Assembly (NCBI GenBank): GCA_963753755.1
Contig: CAVWDM010000016.1
Span: forward strand, 96,381-160,380
DNA: 64,000 nt
Origin: an uncultured Gammaproteobacteria bacterium
GTDB lineage: Bacteria > Pseudomonadota > Gammaproteobacteria > UBA9214
Direction of reading: 5' to 3'
Under the pieces are notes generated by a model. The model did no database searches, was not told the origin of the DNA, and saw only the letters and a list, made by a program, of their open reading frames with translations. Both the position numbers and the translations under genes were made by a program. This document shows positions 49,156-59,573 of the stretch, piece after piece (position 1 is the stretch's first letter; every line of letters begins with the position of its first letter).

Positions 49156-49329
49156 ATGACCCATCCGACGCGTGACCTGCTGGAAATCTTGCTCAAGGAT
49201 GCCGCATCTTTGCAACAGCGCGATGTGGAATGGGTGAACAAGCGACGCCGCCGGGACGGTAAAGCGGAAATCGAGCCACTCCACTCCATGGAGGCTGCAC
49301 TGGCACTCTGCGAGGGGCTTCTTCCATAG
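49156..49329 (+). CDS. Small hypothetical protein (57 aa) immediately upstream of the Na/Pi cotransporter gene.
   Basis: AGAGGA RBS. A 4-nt gap to the next gene suggests co-transcription. Confidence 0.35.
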   Translation: MTHPTRDLLEILLKDAASLQQRDVEWVNKRRRRDGKAEIEPLHSMEAALALCEGLLP

Positions 49330-49333
49330 CGAT

Positions 49334-51010
49334 ATGCAACAGGGGCTAATGACCATCGGACTACTGGCAGGCGGGCTGGGCCTGTTCCTGCTGGCAGTGA
49401 ATATGATTACCGATGGCCTGACGCAGGCCGCCGGCCATGCCTTGCGTGACATGCTGGGTAAATGGACCCGTACACTTGGCCGCGGCATTGTGAGCGGTTT
49501 AACGATCACGGCCATAGTACAGTCATCCAGTGCTGTTACGGTTGCGACCATCGGCTTTGTCAATGCCGGCCTGATCGGCCTGTATCAGTCGCTGGGTGTC
49601 GTCTACGGCTCCAATATCGGTACCACCATGACCGGCTGGCTGGTCGCGGCAATCGGTTTTCAACTCAAGGTGGACGCCTTTGCCATGCCAATGATCGGCA
49701 TCGGCATGCTGTTGCGCCTCACCGGTGCCGGCAGTCGGCGTGCACCGGTGGGGATGGCGCTGGCTGGCTTTGGCCTGTTCTTCATCGGTATCGACGTGCT
49801 CAAGGATGCCTTTGAAGGGCTGGCGGCTGCTATTGAACTGGAAAAATTCACCCTGGATGGTATTGCAGGCGTGTTTATGTATGTCGGCATCGGTTTTCTC
49901 ATGACCGTGCTGACACAGTCTTCCAGCGCGGCCATTGCCATTACACTGACGGCGGCCACCGGTGGCATTGTCGGCCTGTATGCGGCAGCGGCCATGGTCA
50001 TCGGTGCCAATGTCGGCACCACATCGACAGCGGCGCTTGCAGTTATCGGTGCAACTTCAAATGCCAAACGGGTGGCCGCCGCCCATATCATTTTCAATGT
50101 AGTCACGGGTGTGGTGGCGCTGATGATTATGCCGCTACTGTTCTGGACCGTGAATGTGACCGGTCAACTGCTGGGGATGCAGGATGTACCGGCCGTCACC
50201 CTGGCGCTGTTCCATACGACGTTCAATGTCCTCGGTGTGCTGATGATGTGGCCTGTGAGTCGCCGCTTGACGCGGTTCCTGGAAATGCGCTTTGTCACCC
50301 AGGAAGAAATCGAGGGCCGCACCCGGTTTCTTGACAAGACCGTTGCCGTGTCGCCGGAACTGGCGCTGCATGCACTGGTGCTGGAATTGTCGCGTATCGC
50401 TGACGTTGCAAGACGCATGGCACTGGAAGCATTAAGCACCGAGTCCGTTCCGGGTAAGCGCATTGCAAGCGACCATATGGTGGCGAAAAAGCTTGCCTAC
50501 GCGGTCGCCGGGTTTGTTATGCAGCTGGAAAAGCGGACACTTAGCGGTGTGGTGGCCGGACAACTGGCAAAACTGCTGCGCGCGGAGCAACACCTGTTGG
50601 CCTGTGCGGACCAGTCGCTGGAGGTGGTCGGCATGCAGTCCGAGCTGGAAGCGGTCGATGATGCCGAACTGATTCAGGACCTGGCCCGCTACCGGGTGGA
50701 GGTCGTCACGCTGATGGAACTGGCCAATCCTGACCTTGAAGGCTTTTCTATCACAGACTGTGAAACACAGTTGCAGCAGGTGCAGATTGCCTATGAGGAT
50801 GTCAAGGAGAAACTGCTGCTCGCCGGGGCAGAGTTGCACATCCCCATTCCCGATATGATCGATCACCTGGAACAGAATAGTCGCATCCGGCGCGTGGCAC
50901 GGCAGATGTTCAAGGCAATACGACTTATCGGTAGCCCATTTACTGTCGCTGAGGATCAGGTTCCGGATATGGCGGAGCCAGCGGTAGAACAAGACAGCGC
51001 TGCCGGGTAG
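49334..51010 (+). CDS. Na/Pi-cotransporter family protein with a C-terminal PhoU-like domain, second copy.
   Basis: Contains GGLGLFLLAVNMITDGL, QSSSAVTVATIGFV, GSNIGTTMTG, QSSSAAIAITL and GANVGTTSTA. Confidence 0.85.
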   Translation: MQQGLMTIGLLAGGLGLFLLAVNMITDGLTQAAGHALRDMLGKWTRTLGRGIVSGLTITAIVQSSSAVTVATIGFVNAGLIGLYQSLGVVYGSNIGTTMTGWLVAAIGFQLKVDAFAMPMIGIGMLLRLTGAGSRRAPVGMALAGFGLFFIGIDVLKDAFEGLAAAIELEKFTLDGIAGVFMYVGIGFLMTVLTQSSSAAIAITLTAATGGIVGLYAAAAMVIGANVGTTSTAALAVIGATSNAKRVAAAHIIFNVVTGVVALMIMPLLFWTVNVTGQLLGMQDVPAVTLALFHTTFNVLGVLMMWPVSRRLTRFLEMRFVTQEEIEGRTRFLDKTVAVSPELALHALVLELSRIADVARRMALEALSTESVPGKRIASDHMVAKKLAYAVAGFVMQLEKRTLSGVVAGQLAKLLRAEQHLLACADQSLEVVGMQSELEAVDDAELIQDLARYRVEVVTLMELANPDLEGFSITDCETQLQQVQIAYEDVKEKLLLAGAELHIPIPDMIDHLEQNSRIRRVARQMFKAIRLIGSPFTVAEDQVPDMAEPAVEQDSAAG

Positions 51011-51081
51011 GCAGCGATATCAATCGTCACTGAGTGAAGATACAGTACACGCTACAGAACACGATAATCGGAATACTATAA

Positions 51082-52140
51082 ATGGAAACAGTGTCGGTCA
51101 ATGCCCTGGTATGGGCAGGAATTCTGTTTTGTGTCAGCCAGTCTGCGATGTTTTCCGGTCTGAATCTGGCATTACTGGGTATCAGCCGTTTGCGTCTTGA
51201 AGTGGAAGCCACGGCGGGTAATCCCGCTGCCGTGAAGATCCTGGCATTACGCAAGGATGTCAATTTTCTTCTCACGACCATTCTCTGGGGCAACGTCGGT
51301 ATCAATGTACTATTGACCCTGCTGTCCAATTCCGTGATGACCGGACTGACCGCCTTCTTCTTCTCAACCATTCTTATTACATTTGCCGGTGAAATAACGC
51401 CACAGGCATATTTCTCCCGCCATGCCATGCGTATGGGATCATTGCTGGCCCCGGTGTTGCGATTTTACCAGTTGCTGCTGTACCCGGTCGCCAAACCCAG
51501 TGCCATGGTACTGGACCGCTGGCTGGGTGAGGAGGGCATCAGTTATTTCAGGGAACGCGACCTGCACACGGTGATCCGCAAGCATATCGAGGCGGATGAT
51601 TCGGATGTGTCGCACCTGGAGGGCATGGGTGCCATGAATTTTCTGGCACTGGACGATATCGAGATAACCCATGAGGGTGAATATGTCGACCCGGACAGTA
51701 TCGTTCAGCTGCCGCTAGACAATGGTTTGCCGGTGTTCCCGGCATTTGAACGCCATGCCCTTGACCCGTTCTTGCTTGATATAAACAGTTCCGGAAAGAA
51801 GTGGGTGATCATTGTAGACGAACACAACGAACCCGCCCTGGTGTTGAACGCCAATAACTTTCTTCGCGATGTCTTGTTTGGCAAGGAGGCCTTTAACCCT
51901 TACAGCTATTGTCACCGACCTATCATCGTCAGGGATTCCAGTACCCTGCTCGGAAAAGTGTTAACGCGCTTGAGTATACATGGTACCAGCGAGGTGGATG
52001 ATGTCATCGACCATGACCTGATTCTGTTGTGGTCCGATGAAAAGCGGGTGATTACAGGCGCTGACATACTTGGTCGCCTGATGCGGGGTACTGCTGTGCA
52101 AGACATCAGACGCTCGAAGTCGGATCTGGCAAAGCGCTAA
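51082..52140 (+). CDS. DUF21 (CNNM-type) membrane protein with a degenerate CBS region and no CorC_HlyC domain.
   Basis: N-terminal DUF21 TM domain. The C-terminal region is soluble. Confidence 0.75.
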   Translation: METVSVNALVWAGILFCVSQSAMFSGLNLALLGISRLRLEVEATAGNPAAVKILALRKDVNFLLTTILWGNVGINVLLTLLSNSVMTGLTAFFFSTILITFAGEITPQAYFSRHAMRMGSLLAPVLRFYQLLLYPVAKPSAMVLDRWLGEEGISYFRERDLHTVIRKHIEADDSDVSHLEGMGAMNFLALDDIEITHEGEYVDPDSIVQLPLDNGLPVFPAFERHALDPFLLDINSSGKKWVIIVDEHNEPALVLNANNFLRDVLFGKEAFNPYSYCHRPIIVRDSSTLLGKVLTRLSIHGTSEVDDVIDHDLILLWSDEKRVITGADILGRLMRGTAVQDIRRSKSDLAKR

Positions 52141-53924
52141 CCGGGCTGCTGGGTGGGTGCAGTCGCAATCTGTGTGGCGCCGTTTGCCGTTGCTTCGGGC
52201 TGTTGACCGGGTCCTGTTGCACTGTTGCCTGAATGGACCGTGATCTGGGTGAAAGGAATGATCCAGCCTTCCCGGTTACAGACGTCCACGCAGGCTTGTT
52301 GAACCATGCGCTGTGCCCTGAAATAGGCCTTCGCTGCACGGCCATTAAGGATCATGTAGATCTGGTAGTCCAGTGAACTGGCGCCGGCCTCCTTGAATTC
52401 CACCAGCATGTCCTCGATATCTTCTTTCATGCCGGCTTGTTCAAAGCGTGCGGTGATTGCCTCCCGGAAGCGCGCGGGTACCATGTCCAGGCAGATTGCC
52501 TGATGCTGGTAGTCAATGCCGAACGCGCCGGCAACACCAAAGCCCTCGCGCGACAGGTTGCGCACGTGCTGACCGAGGAAGTCTTTGCTAGGGATCTGCA
52601 CCTTGCTGTCCCGAACCATGACCTCGACCAGTTCGATTGTCTGGCGCGATACCTGGCCAAAACTACCGTCGGCCAGCAGGACGAAATCCCCGGGCTGGCA
52701 GGGAAACCACGGTTCCTGGCTGGCAGGTCTTGAAACGAGCGCATTCATGTCATGCAGGGGTAAGCGCACAACCCCCTCGAGGGCAGGGTTCTTCAATATT
52801 GTGTAGACGCTGAGCGATTCCACGATGAACGGCACACCGTCAAGCACGAGGCGTTCTTTCTCACGTACGGGGCCGACTCCAAGCAACAGCCGTAATTCGG
52901 CAGCGTAACGCGGCAGGGTTTGCCGTAAAGTGAGCGCGGCGCCGGCCAACGCAAGCAGGGCGAGGGTGAGAAACAGCACATCACCACGTATATAAAATAC
53001 CATCAGTATAGCGAGCACGATGATGATCGCCGTGGCGAGGCGGTAACTGTAGTAGACCAGCGGTGCCCGCTTGATACCGACATCGCGTTCTGCTCGAAAC
53101 AGCCAGCGCCAGTAGACCGTGAGCAGCCACTTTGATAGCAGCCAGATGGCGACACTGACCAGTATGGCCAGCAGCAGGGTCAGACCGCGTCCACCAAGAA
53201 ACTCCTTGAGTGTTTCCCCGACCGAGGTGTACCACGCAATACTCTCCGTTTTAATGACGGCGAGCTTGAAATGTGTTATCTCCAGAGCGCGCTTTACGTC
53301 ATCCCCGCGTTGTTCCCAGTCAAGCAGCAACTGCTCGAGTGGTTCTGCTGCCAACGGTGGTAATGACTGTTGCTTGAAGTGGTGGATTGAATCAATCGCT
53401 TTCTGGATCACCTTCAGCTGGTCTTCCAGTCGCGCGGCTTCCCTGCGCAGACTGTCTACCTGGCGTGGCTTTGCGGTCAACTCCTTGAGTGTGGAGAGCA
53501 GCGGCCTGCTAACCTGCTCGAGCTCGACACGCCAGTCGATCTGCTGTTCCGGCTGGTCAGTCAGCACCGAAAGATTAGGGCTACCCAGTGCGATATTTTC
53601 GAAAGCCAGTTGCAGGCTTGTTATATCCTTGTTGGTACGTTCAATCTTCTGTTCCAGTGTCTGCTTCTCGGATACATCCTCCAGCTGTTTGAGTTGTTCC
53701 CTGAGCTCGCGAACCGTGGTTCGTTTTGATTCGAGGGATTGCTGGATATTCACCAGATTCTCTACGGCGGTATATGACCTGGCGGTTGTTGCATTGAGCT
53801 CTGCAAAGTCCATCTTGTCCTGTGCAACGACCTGGCCATGCGCGCATACCAGAAGCAGGACCAGGCAGGCCAGGTGGCAGAACAGGAAGGCTGTCGGGCG
53901 GTCTGTTTGGTGAGTTGAAAACAT
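52137..53924 (-). CDS. MscS-family mechanosensitive channel with a periplasmic coiled-coil N-domain.
   Basis: Signal peptide and coiled coil, TM helices, and an MscS beta-domain-like PGDFVLLADGSFGQVSRQTIELVEVMVRDSKVQIPS. Confidence 0.75.
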   Translation of the reverse strand: MFSTHQTDRPTAFLFCHLACLVLLLVCAHGQVVAQDKMDFAELNATTARSYTAVENLVNIQQSLESKRTTVRELREQLKQLEDVSEKQTLEQKIERTNKDITSLQLAFENIALGSPNLSVLTDQPEQQIDWRVELEQVSRPLLSTLKELTAKPRQVDSLRREAARLEDQLKVIQKAIDSIHHFKQQSLPPLAAEPLEQLLLDWEQRGDDVKRALEITHFKLAVIKTESIAWYTSVGETLKEFLGGRGLTLLLAILVSVAIWLLSKWLLTVYWRWLFRAERDVGIKRAPLVYYSYRLATAIIIVLAILMVFYIRGDVLFLTLALLALAGAALTLRQTLPRYAAELRLLLGVGPVREKERLVLDGVPFIVESLSVYTILKNPALEGVVRLPLHDMNALVSRPASQEPWFPCQPGDFVLLADGSFGQVSRQTIELVEVMVRDSKVQIPSKDFLGQHVRNLSREGFGVAGAFGIDYQHQAICLDMVPARFREAITARFEQAGMKEDIEDMLVEFKEAGASSLDYQIYMILNGRAAKAYFRAQRMVQQACVDVCNREGWIIPFTQITVHSGNSATGPGQQPEATANGATQIATAPTQQPG

Positions 53925-53989
53925 GGTGTGCTGTTTACCGTGATTGATCTGGTGTCACTGTCGTTACCCGGCTACTGCTCAGGGCTGTC

Positions 53990-55297
53990 TCACAGCAACG
54001 CGGAGAACAGGGTTGCCAGCCCAAGGAAACTGAAGAAACCGACAACGTCGGTCACTGTCGTGAGTATGATAGAGGCCGACTGCGCAGGGTCCTGGCCCAG
54101 ACGTGTCAACAGCAGCGGTATAGCGGCTCCGGAGAGACCTGCCAGTGCCATCGAAATGACCATCGCCACGCCGATGACCACGGCGAGACCGATTGACTGG
54201 CTCCATATCAGGACGCCCAGCCCCGTGACAATAGCGATGGCAATGCCATTGAGTGCGCCGGCAAGTACTTCTTTAAACAGCACGCGTTGCCAGTGGCGTA
54301 GCTGGATCTCCCGTAGCGCCAGGCCACGCATGATAACGGCGAGTGCCTGCGCGCCGGTGTTACCGGACTGGCCGGCGACGACCGGTAACAGCACTGCCAG
54401 TGCCGTGAATTGCGCAATGGTGTTCTCGAACAGGCCAACGACTGCGGCCGCGAGAAAGGCTGTCAGCAGGTTGACGTTGAGCCACGGCAGGCGCTTGCGC
54501 ATCGCGGACAGGGGCGATGACAGCGCGCGTTCATCGCGACTGACACCAACCATGGCCTGAATATTTGTTGCCGCTTCTTCCTGCGTGGCCTTGATGACGG
54601 CGGACTGGCGGATGACGCCGAGCAGACGGTTGTCGATATCGACCACCGGAAGCAGGCGCAGTCGGTAGCGTGTAAAAAGATCGATGATTTCTTCCCGGGG
54701 CGTCGTCGCAGTGACGCGAACCGGTGTGGTGATATGCAGCAGTGACTCCAGGCGGGCCTCGGGATCTGCCTGGACGACATCGACCAGATCCACCAGGCCA
54801 ACCAGCTTGCCGCTGTCATCTGTAACCACGAGCACCGCTGTCTCACGGGATGGAAACCGCCGCAAGCGATTCAGCACCTGTTTGACGGTCAAACGCGCGG
54901 GGATGCTGGGCGCGCGCGGCTGCATCAGGCGACCTGCGCTGGCCTCCGGATAGGTCATCAGGTCGCGCAGTTCTCTTGCCAGTCCTGCATCCAGATTGTT
55001 CAGTTGCTTTTCCCGTGCATCCGGAGCCAGACTGCCGAGCAGCAATGCGGCAAGGAGCGGATCCATGGCGGCCATAATATTCCGTGCGAGTGCCGGTTCC
55101 AGTTGTTGTAATACGGTCGTCGCCAGGGCAGTAGACAGGCGACCGAGGATGCGTGCGCCCCTTTCCACAGTCTGTGTCTGTAACAGCTCAACGAGTTCGG
55201 CGACAGGCGCCGTTTCCAGCGCCTCGGTCGTTTCCTGTGGAAACCCGTCAATAAAGGCATCAGCCAGCGCATGCGTGAGGGCGCGCAGGTCAGCCAT
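53990..55297 (-). CDS. mgtE: MgtE magnesium transporter, second copy.
   Basis: MgtE_N, a CBS pair, and the TM domain (ILTTVTDVVGFFSFLGLATL). Confidence 0.9.
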   Translation of the reverse strand: MADLRALTHALADAFIDGFPQETTEALETAPVAELVELLQTQTVERGARILGRLSTALATTVLQQLEPALARNIMAAMDPLLAALLLGSLAPDAREKQLNNLDAGLARELRDLMTYPEASAGRLMQPRAPSIPARLTVKQVLNRLRRFPSRETAVLVVTDDSGKLVGLVDLVDVVQADPEARLESLLHITTPVRVTATTPREEIIDLFTRYRLRLLPVVDIDNRLLGVIRQSAVIKATQEEAATNIQAMVGVSRDERALSSPLSAMRKRLPWLNVNLLTAFLAAAVVGLFENTIAQFTALAVLLPVVAGQSGNTGAQALAVIMRGLALREIQLRHWQRVLFKEVLAGALNGIAIAIVTGLGVLIWSQSIGLAVVIGVAMVISMALAGLSGAAIPLLLTRLGQDPAQSASIILTTVTDVVGFFSFLGLATLFSALL

Positions 55298-56135
55298 GCG
55301 GATCCCTGTGTGTCAGCGATGTGCCGGTCGCTATCAAGGTGGCCAGTAACTGTCCCGCCGTGACAGCAAACAATTCGCCGACGGTTATAAAGGATTCCAG
55401 GCCGTTGCTGACGGCGCCTGTATGTAAGGATGCTTCCTGGAAGCGCCGCATACTTTTCTGACGGATGATACCCAGCAGAACGTTATTTTCGTCGGTGACA
55501 GGTAATGCATGGTATTCCTGCCAGTACGGGCTGTTGAATACGGTCAGTATCGACTGTACCGGGGACAGACTGATGATGTGTCTGTGCATGATCTCGCTGA
55601 TCCGCGCGGCTGACGGCGCACTGATCATTTCATGCAGCGTCATCACACCGGTTAACTGGCCCGCGGCATTGGCGGCATAGACATAAAATTTCATACCACG
55701 CCGTATCCGCTTGATACGTTTAACTGCCTGTCGAACGGACAGTTCCTCCGGTACGCTTGCCAGCGGCGCTTCCATGAGGTTTCCGGCAGTACCGCGGGGA
55801 TAGGGAAGCAGTCGCCTTATCGAGGCAGCCTGGTCCGGTCGCAACGCTCTCAATAACGACTCGCGTGTATCCTCATCGAGTTGACGTAACAGCATTATCT
55901 GAAGATCTGGAAGCAACAGGCTGAATATCTGGCCTGCCGCCTGTGATTCAATCACACTCAAACAGCTTGCGGCAAACCCCGGCGAGAAATGCTCGATGAC
56001 TGACTTTGCCGTGAGTGGATTAGCAACCCCAAGATATTGCGCGGCTATTTCTGCGGGAAAGTCTTCGAGTACGCGTGCTGCAGCGGCGGGCTGGCTTCTC
56101 AGAAAGGTTGCACCGAGACGGGAATGCGGGTTCAT
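55290..56135 (-). CDS. Stand-alone MgtE N-domain plus CBS-pair protein, with no TM domain.
   Basis: Start trimmed to MNPHSRLGATFL. MgtE_N-like helices and CBS motifs. ATGA overlap with the upstream gene, and an 8-bp overlap with the downstream mgtE. Confidence 0.7.
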   Translation of the reverse strand: MNPHSRLGATFLRSQPAAAARVLEDFPAEIAAQYLGVANPLTAKSVIEHFSPGFAASCLSVIESQAAGQIFSLLLPDLQIMLLRQLDEDTRESLLRALRPDQAASIRRLLPYPRGTAGNLMEAPLASVPEELSVRQAVKRIKRIRRGMKFYVYAANAAGQLTGVMTLHEMISAPSAARISEIMHRHIISLSPVQSILTVFNSPYWQEYHALPVTDENNVLLGIIRQKSMRRFQEASLHTGAVSNGLESFITVGELFAVTAGQLLATLIATGTSLTHRDPHG

Positions 56136-56989
56136 GGAGTTTCGGTTCTGGCGAGATGCACAGATTCCCGTTCGCTGAAGCGCTTTGCAGGGATCAGTGT
56201 CTGGCCGTCCTGTGTCTCCAGGATCACGTTTGTGCGGGTAATACGCAGTATTTTCCCTTCGATACACCCAATCCGTATACGTTCACCCGGGCTGTACTCA
56301 TGTACAATCGATTGCACGGCCAGCAGGTTTTCGATCGTGGTCTTTGCGCCGAGGGAGAAGGCCAGTGCGATTGCCCCGAACATTACCCCGAAGAGTATGG
56401 CCACCAGGGCGACCAGCAGGGTGTTGTCGATACCGATCTGTCCGGCAGCGACAGAAAAGACAATCAGCAGCACCAGTATCTGGCCGAGACGTCCCAGCAC
56501 GTCACCCTGCGCGATATTCATACGGGTGCTGCTGCGCCGGATGACAGCCCGCGTGACCTCGGCAAGCCACAAACCGACAAACAGTATCAGCAGTCCGGCC
56601 AGCAGGCGTGGGAGGTAGGCAGTGATGCTGCCGAGCAGACTCGAAATGACCTTCAGTTCGAGCACCTCGGAAGCCGCAATCACAAAGAACAGCAGCACCA
56701 CCCAGAACACGATACGGCTGGCAATCTTCGGCGCGGCATTGTAGGAACTTGGTTGCTGCACACGGGTGTCCATTGGCCGGGTGTGTGCAAGTTGAACAAC
56801 CGTCTTTTCGGTAAGTTTTTCTGTGCCGTAGCGTAAGAGCCGTGCCACACCCCAGCCGACCAGCAGCAGTACCACGGCCCCCAGAACCGCCGGCAGATAT
56901 TCGAGGACCTGTATCGCGACCCGGCTGACGGATTCGGTCAGGGTGGCGGTCCACTCCTGGATTTCAACAATAGGATTCTGCTGTTCCAT
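56132..56989 (-). CDS. Small MscS-like mechanosensitive channel.
   Basis: Three TM segments and a beta-domain-like GERIRIGCIEGKILRITRTNVILETQDGQTLIPAKRF. Confidence 0.7.
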   Translation of the reverse strand: MEQQNPIVEIQEWTATLTESVSRVAIQVLEYLPAVLGAVVLLLVGWGVARLLRYGTEKLTEKTVVQLAHTRPMDTRVQQPSSYNAAPKIASRIVFWVVLLFFVIAASEVLELKVISSLLGSITAYLPRLLAGLLILFVGLWLAEVTRAVIRRSSTRMNIAQGDVLGRLGQILVLLIVFSVAAGQIGIDNTLLVALVAILFGVMFGAIALAFSLGAKTTIENLLAVQSIVHEYSPGERIRIGCIEGKILRITRTNVILETQDGQTLIPAKRFSERESVHLARTETP

Positions 56990-57256
56990 GATGTCGCCAT
57001 CATAGGGCCTGGCTGTTGTTGTCGCAATATATGCCTGTATCCGCGGTTGTTACCGCAGTAGTCGTATTGGCCCGTCCGGGGCTTTGCAGTTCACACAGGC
57101 GACAGATCATCGGTTAATATAGCGCCTGTGAGACCAGCGCATGGGTAGTACCGATCCCCTACTGTTGTTCAATGCCGTTGCCGCCGGGCGATAACCCCCG
57201 GCGAGGTGCGCTGTATCACAGCTACCTGAGAACATTAACTTAACAGAGAATTGATA

Positions 57257-57913
57257 ATGACAAACGAGACAAATGTTACCTGGCACGAGCACAGTGTCAC
57301 TCGAGAGGCCCGCGAAAAGAAAAATGCTCACAAGGGTTGTGTGATCTGGTTTACCGGCCTGAGCGGTTCCGGAAAAAGCACGGTCGCGAATACGCTGGAC
57401 CACAAGCTTCACCAGGTGGATATCCACAGTGTCGTGCTGGATGGCGATAATGTCCGTCATGGACTCAATGCCGGTCCGGGAATGCTGAAAGATACACATG
57501 GCGATGAATTTTCGAACCGTTTCGGGCTGGGGTTTTCCGCCATAGACCGGGAAGAAAATATTCGCCGCATAGGGGCGGTGGCCGAGATATTTGCACAGAC
57601 GGGTATTATTGCACTGACCGCCTTTATCAGCCCCTACCGCACCGATCGAGACAAGGTTCGCAAGACGTTAAAAGACGGTGAGTTTATCGAGGTCTTTGTA
57701 GACACGCCCATCGAGGTCTGTGAACAACGGGATCCAAAAGGACTTTACAAAAAGGCGCGCGCCGGGGAAATCAAGGGGTTTACCGGCATCGATGATCCCT
57801 ATGAGGCACCGCAGCACCCTGAACTGGTGCTGTTTGCGGCGGAAAAAACACCTGATATTCTCGCTGATGAAATCATCGCCTATCTTAAGGATAGAAACAT
57901 TATCGGCGGGTGA
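57257..57913 (+). CDS. cysC: Adenylyl-sulfate kinase (APS kinase).
   Basis: P-loop GLSGSGKST and the characteristic APS kinase sequence. Confidence 0.9.
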   Translation: MTNETNVTWHEHSVTREAREKKNAHKGCVIWFTGLSGSGKSTVANTLDHKLHQVDIHSVVLDGDNVRHGLNAGPGMLKDTHGDEFSNRFGLGFSAIDREENIRRIGAVAEIFAQTGIIALTAFISPYRTDRDKVRKTLKDGEFIEVFVDTPIEVCEQRDPKGLYKKARAGEIKGFTGIDDPYEAPQHPELVLFAAEKTPDILADEIIAYLKDRNIIGG

Positions 57914-58066
57914 ATGTTTCTCTTCGCAGACCGGCGACCATGAACAATTCGTCACTCAGGTAAAGCCGGGACCAGAATGTTGATTCTTCTGGATTCCGTC
58001 TTCGCCGATGTAATGACAAACTGTAAAAATCCATGGATCAAATGGTAGTCTTACACAGAGGCAAGC

Positions 58067-58966
58067 ATGAATTTCGAACAATTACTTCAGTACGAAATTA
58101 AAGGTGAACTTGAGTTTGTTGAGATCGAGCATGGATTCACCTATATCGAGATCAACAACGCCAGGGCTCATGCCACCATATCGACCTATTCCGGCCAGGT
58201 TCTGTCTTACCGCCCAAATGGTCGGGCACACGATTTGCTGTTTGTCAGTGACAAGGCTTACTACGAGGACGGTAAGGCGATCAAGGGGGGCATTCCGGTT
58301 TGCTGGCCCTGGTTCGGTCCCGACCCTGAAGACCAGGGAAGGCCGGCGCATGGTTTTGTGCGCAATCGTCAGTGGCAGGTAGCCGCCAGCGAATCACTCG
58401 CGGACGGCTCAACAAAAGTGGTCATGAGTCTGACCGACAGCGATGCAACGCGCAAGCTGTGGCCGCACCCTTTCAGGCTCAACCTTGAAATTACTGTCGG
58501 GGATTCACTCAGGGTTGAGCTGGTGACGCATAACAGCGGGGATAAACCTGTCACTGTCAGCCAGGCGCTGCACACCTATTTCCAGGTGGGCGACATCAGC
58601 AAGGTTACAGTACGGGGTCTTGAAGGTGCTGACTATATCGACAAGGCCGATGATTCTGCCCGCAAGACACAAGTGGGCCCGGTAACGATTGGTGGCGAAG
58701 TCGACCGCATCTACACGGGTGTGACGGGTGATCTGGCGATTGATGATGAATCGCTGGGTCGCATCATTCACATCACATCGAAAGGGTGCAGTACGGCAGT
58801 GATATGGAATCCATGGGCTGCAACAGCGGCGTCGATGGCTGATCTCGATGACGATGACTATAAAAAAATGATCTGTGTTGAGACCGCTAATGCCGGGCCG
58901 GAGACAGTGGAAATAGCCGCCGGCAGCTATTACCGGTTGCTGGCGGAGTATACAATCGAGAACTAG
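58067..58966 (+). CDS. D-hexose-6-phosphate mutarotase (aldose 1-epimerase family, YeaD-like).
   Basis: Contains [11 protein letters not shown] and [11 protein letters not shown]. Confidence 0.85.
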   Translation: MNFEQLLQYEIKGELEFVEIEHGFTYIEINNARAHATISTYSGQVLSYRPNGRAHDLLFVSDKAYYEDGKAIKGGIPVCWPWFGPDPEDQGRPAHGFVRNRQWQVAASESLADGSTKVVMSLTDSDATRKLWPHPFRLNLEITVGDSLRVELVTHNSGDKPVTVSQALHTYFQVGDISKVTVRGLEGADYIDKADDSARKTQVGPVTIGGEVDRIYTGVTGDLAIDDESLGRIIHITSKGCSTAVIWNPWAATAASMADLDDDDYKKMICVETANAGPETVEIAAGSYYRLLAEYTIEN

Positions 58967-59084
58967 TAAGCCATGCTGTCACCGCGAGCGGTGTGGCAGT
59001 GAATGCCCGCAGTGTGACCCGAACCCTGATCCGGCCTGGCAGCAGCAGCGTGGACATCAATCAGGACATGCAATAATCGTCATA

Positions 59085-59555
59085 ATGAATACAAAGAAAA
59101 CTGAGACAAGAACAGACCCGTTACCCCTGATTGGCTGGCGCGAATGGGTTGGTCTGCCTGAACTGGGCATCACGCGCATCAAGGCCAAGATTGACACGGG
59201 TGCCCGCACCTCGGCCTTGCATGCCTTTTATCTGGAACCGTTTGAACGGGAGGGTGCGCTGTGGGTTCGCTTTGGTGTGCACCCGAAGCAGGGCAGGGAT
59301 GATTTCGTGGTGAATTGCGAGGCACCGGTCCATGACCAGCGACTGGTGACGGACTCCGGCGGGCATACAGAAGAACGTTTTGTTATCAGCACAAGCGTCC
59401 GGCTGGCGCAGCTGCACTGGCCAGTCGAATTGACCCTCACCAATCGCGATACAATGCGCTTTCGCATGCTGCTTGGACGTACGGCACTGAAAGACCGGTT
59501 TCTTGTTGACCCTGCTGCATCCTACCCGATAAGTAAAGCGGTCTCACGGCAATAA
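59085..59555 (+). CDS. ATP-dependent zinc protease-like protein (DUF785, retropepsin-like; RimK-associated).
   Basis: Contains [13 protein letters not shown]...[15 protein letters not shown], with a D-T/S-G aspartic-protease-like motif. Confidence 0.8.
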   Translation: MNTKKTETRTDPLPLIGWREWVGLPELGITRIKAKIDTGARTSALHAFYLEPFEREGALWVRFGVHPKQGRDDFVVNCEAPVHDQRLVTDSGGHTEERFVISTSVRLAQLHWPVELTLTNRDTMRFRMLLGRTALKDRFLVDPAASYPISKAVSRQ

Positions 59556-59573
59556 GCCATCAAGGAGATATTT

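Noticed and set aside
53119-53913. A 264-aa Ser-rich plus-strand ORF.
   Set aside because: It lies entirely antisense within the MscS-family gene 52137..53924, and its composition is typical of an out-of-frame GC-rich artefact.
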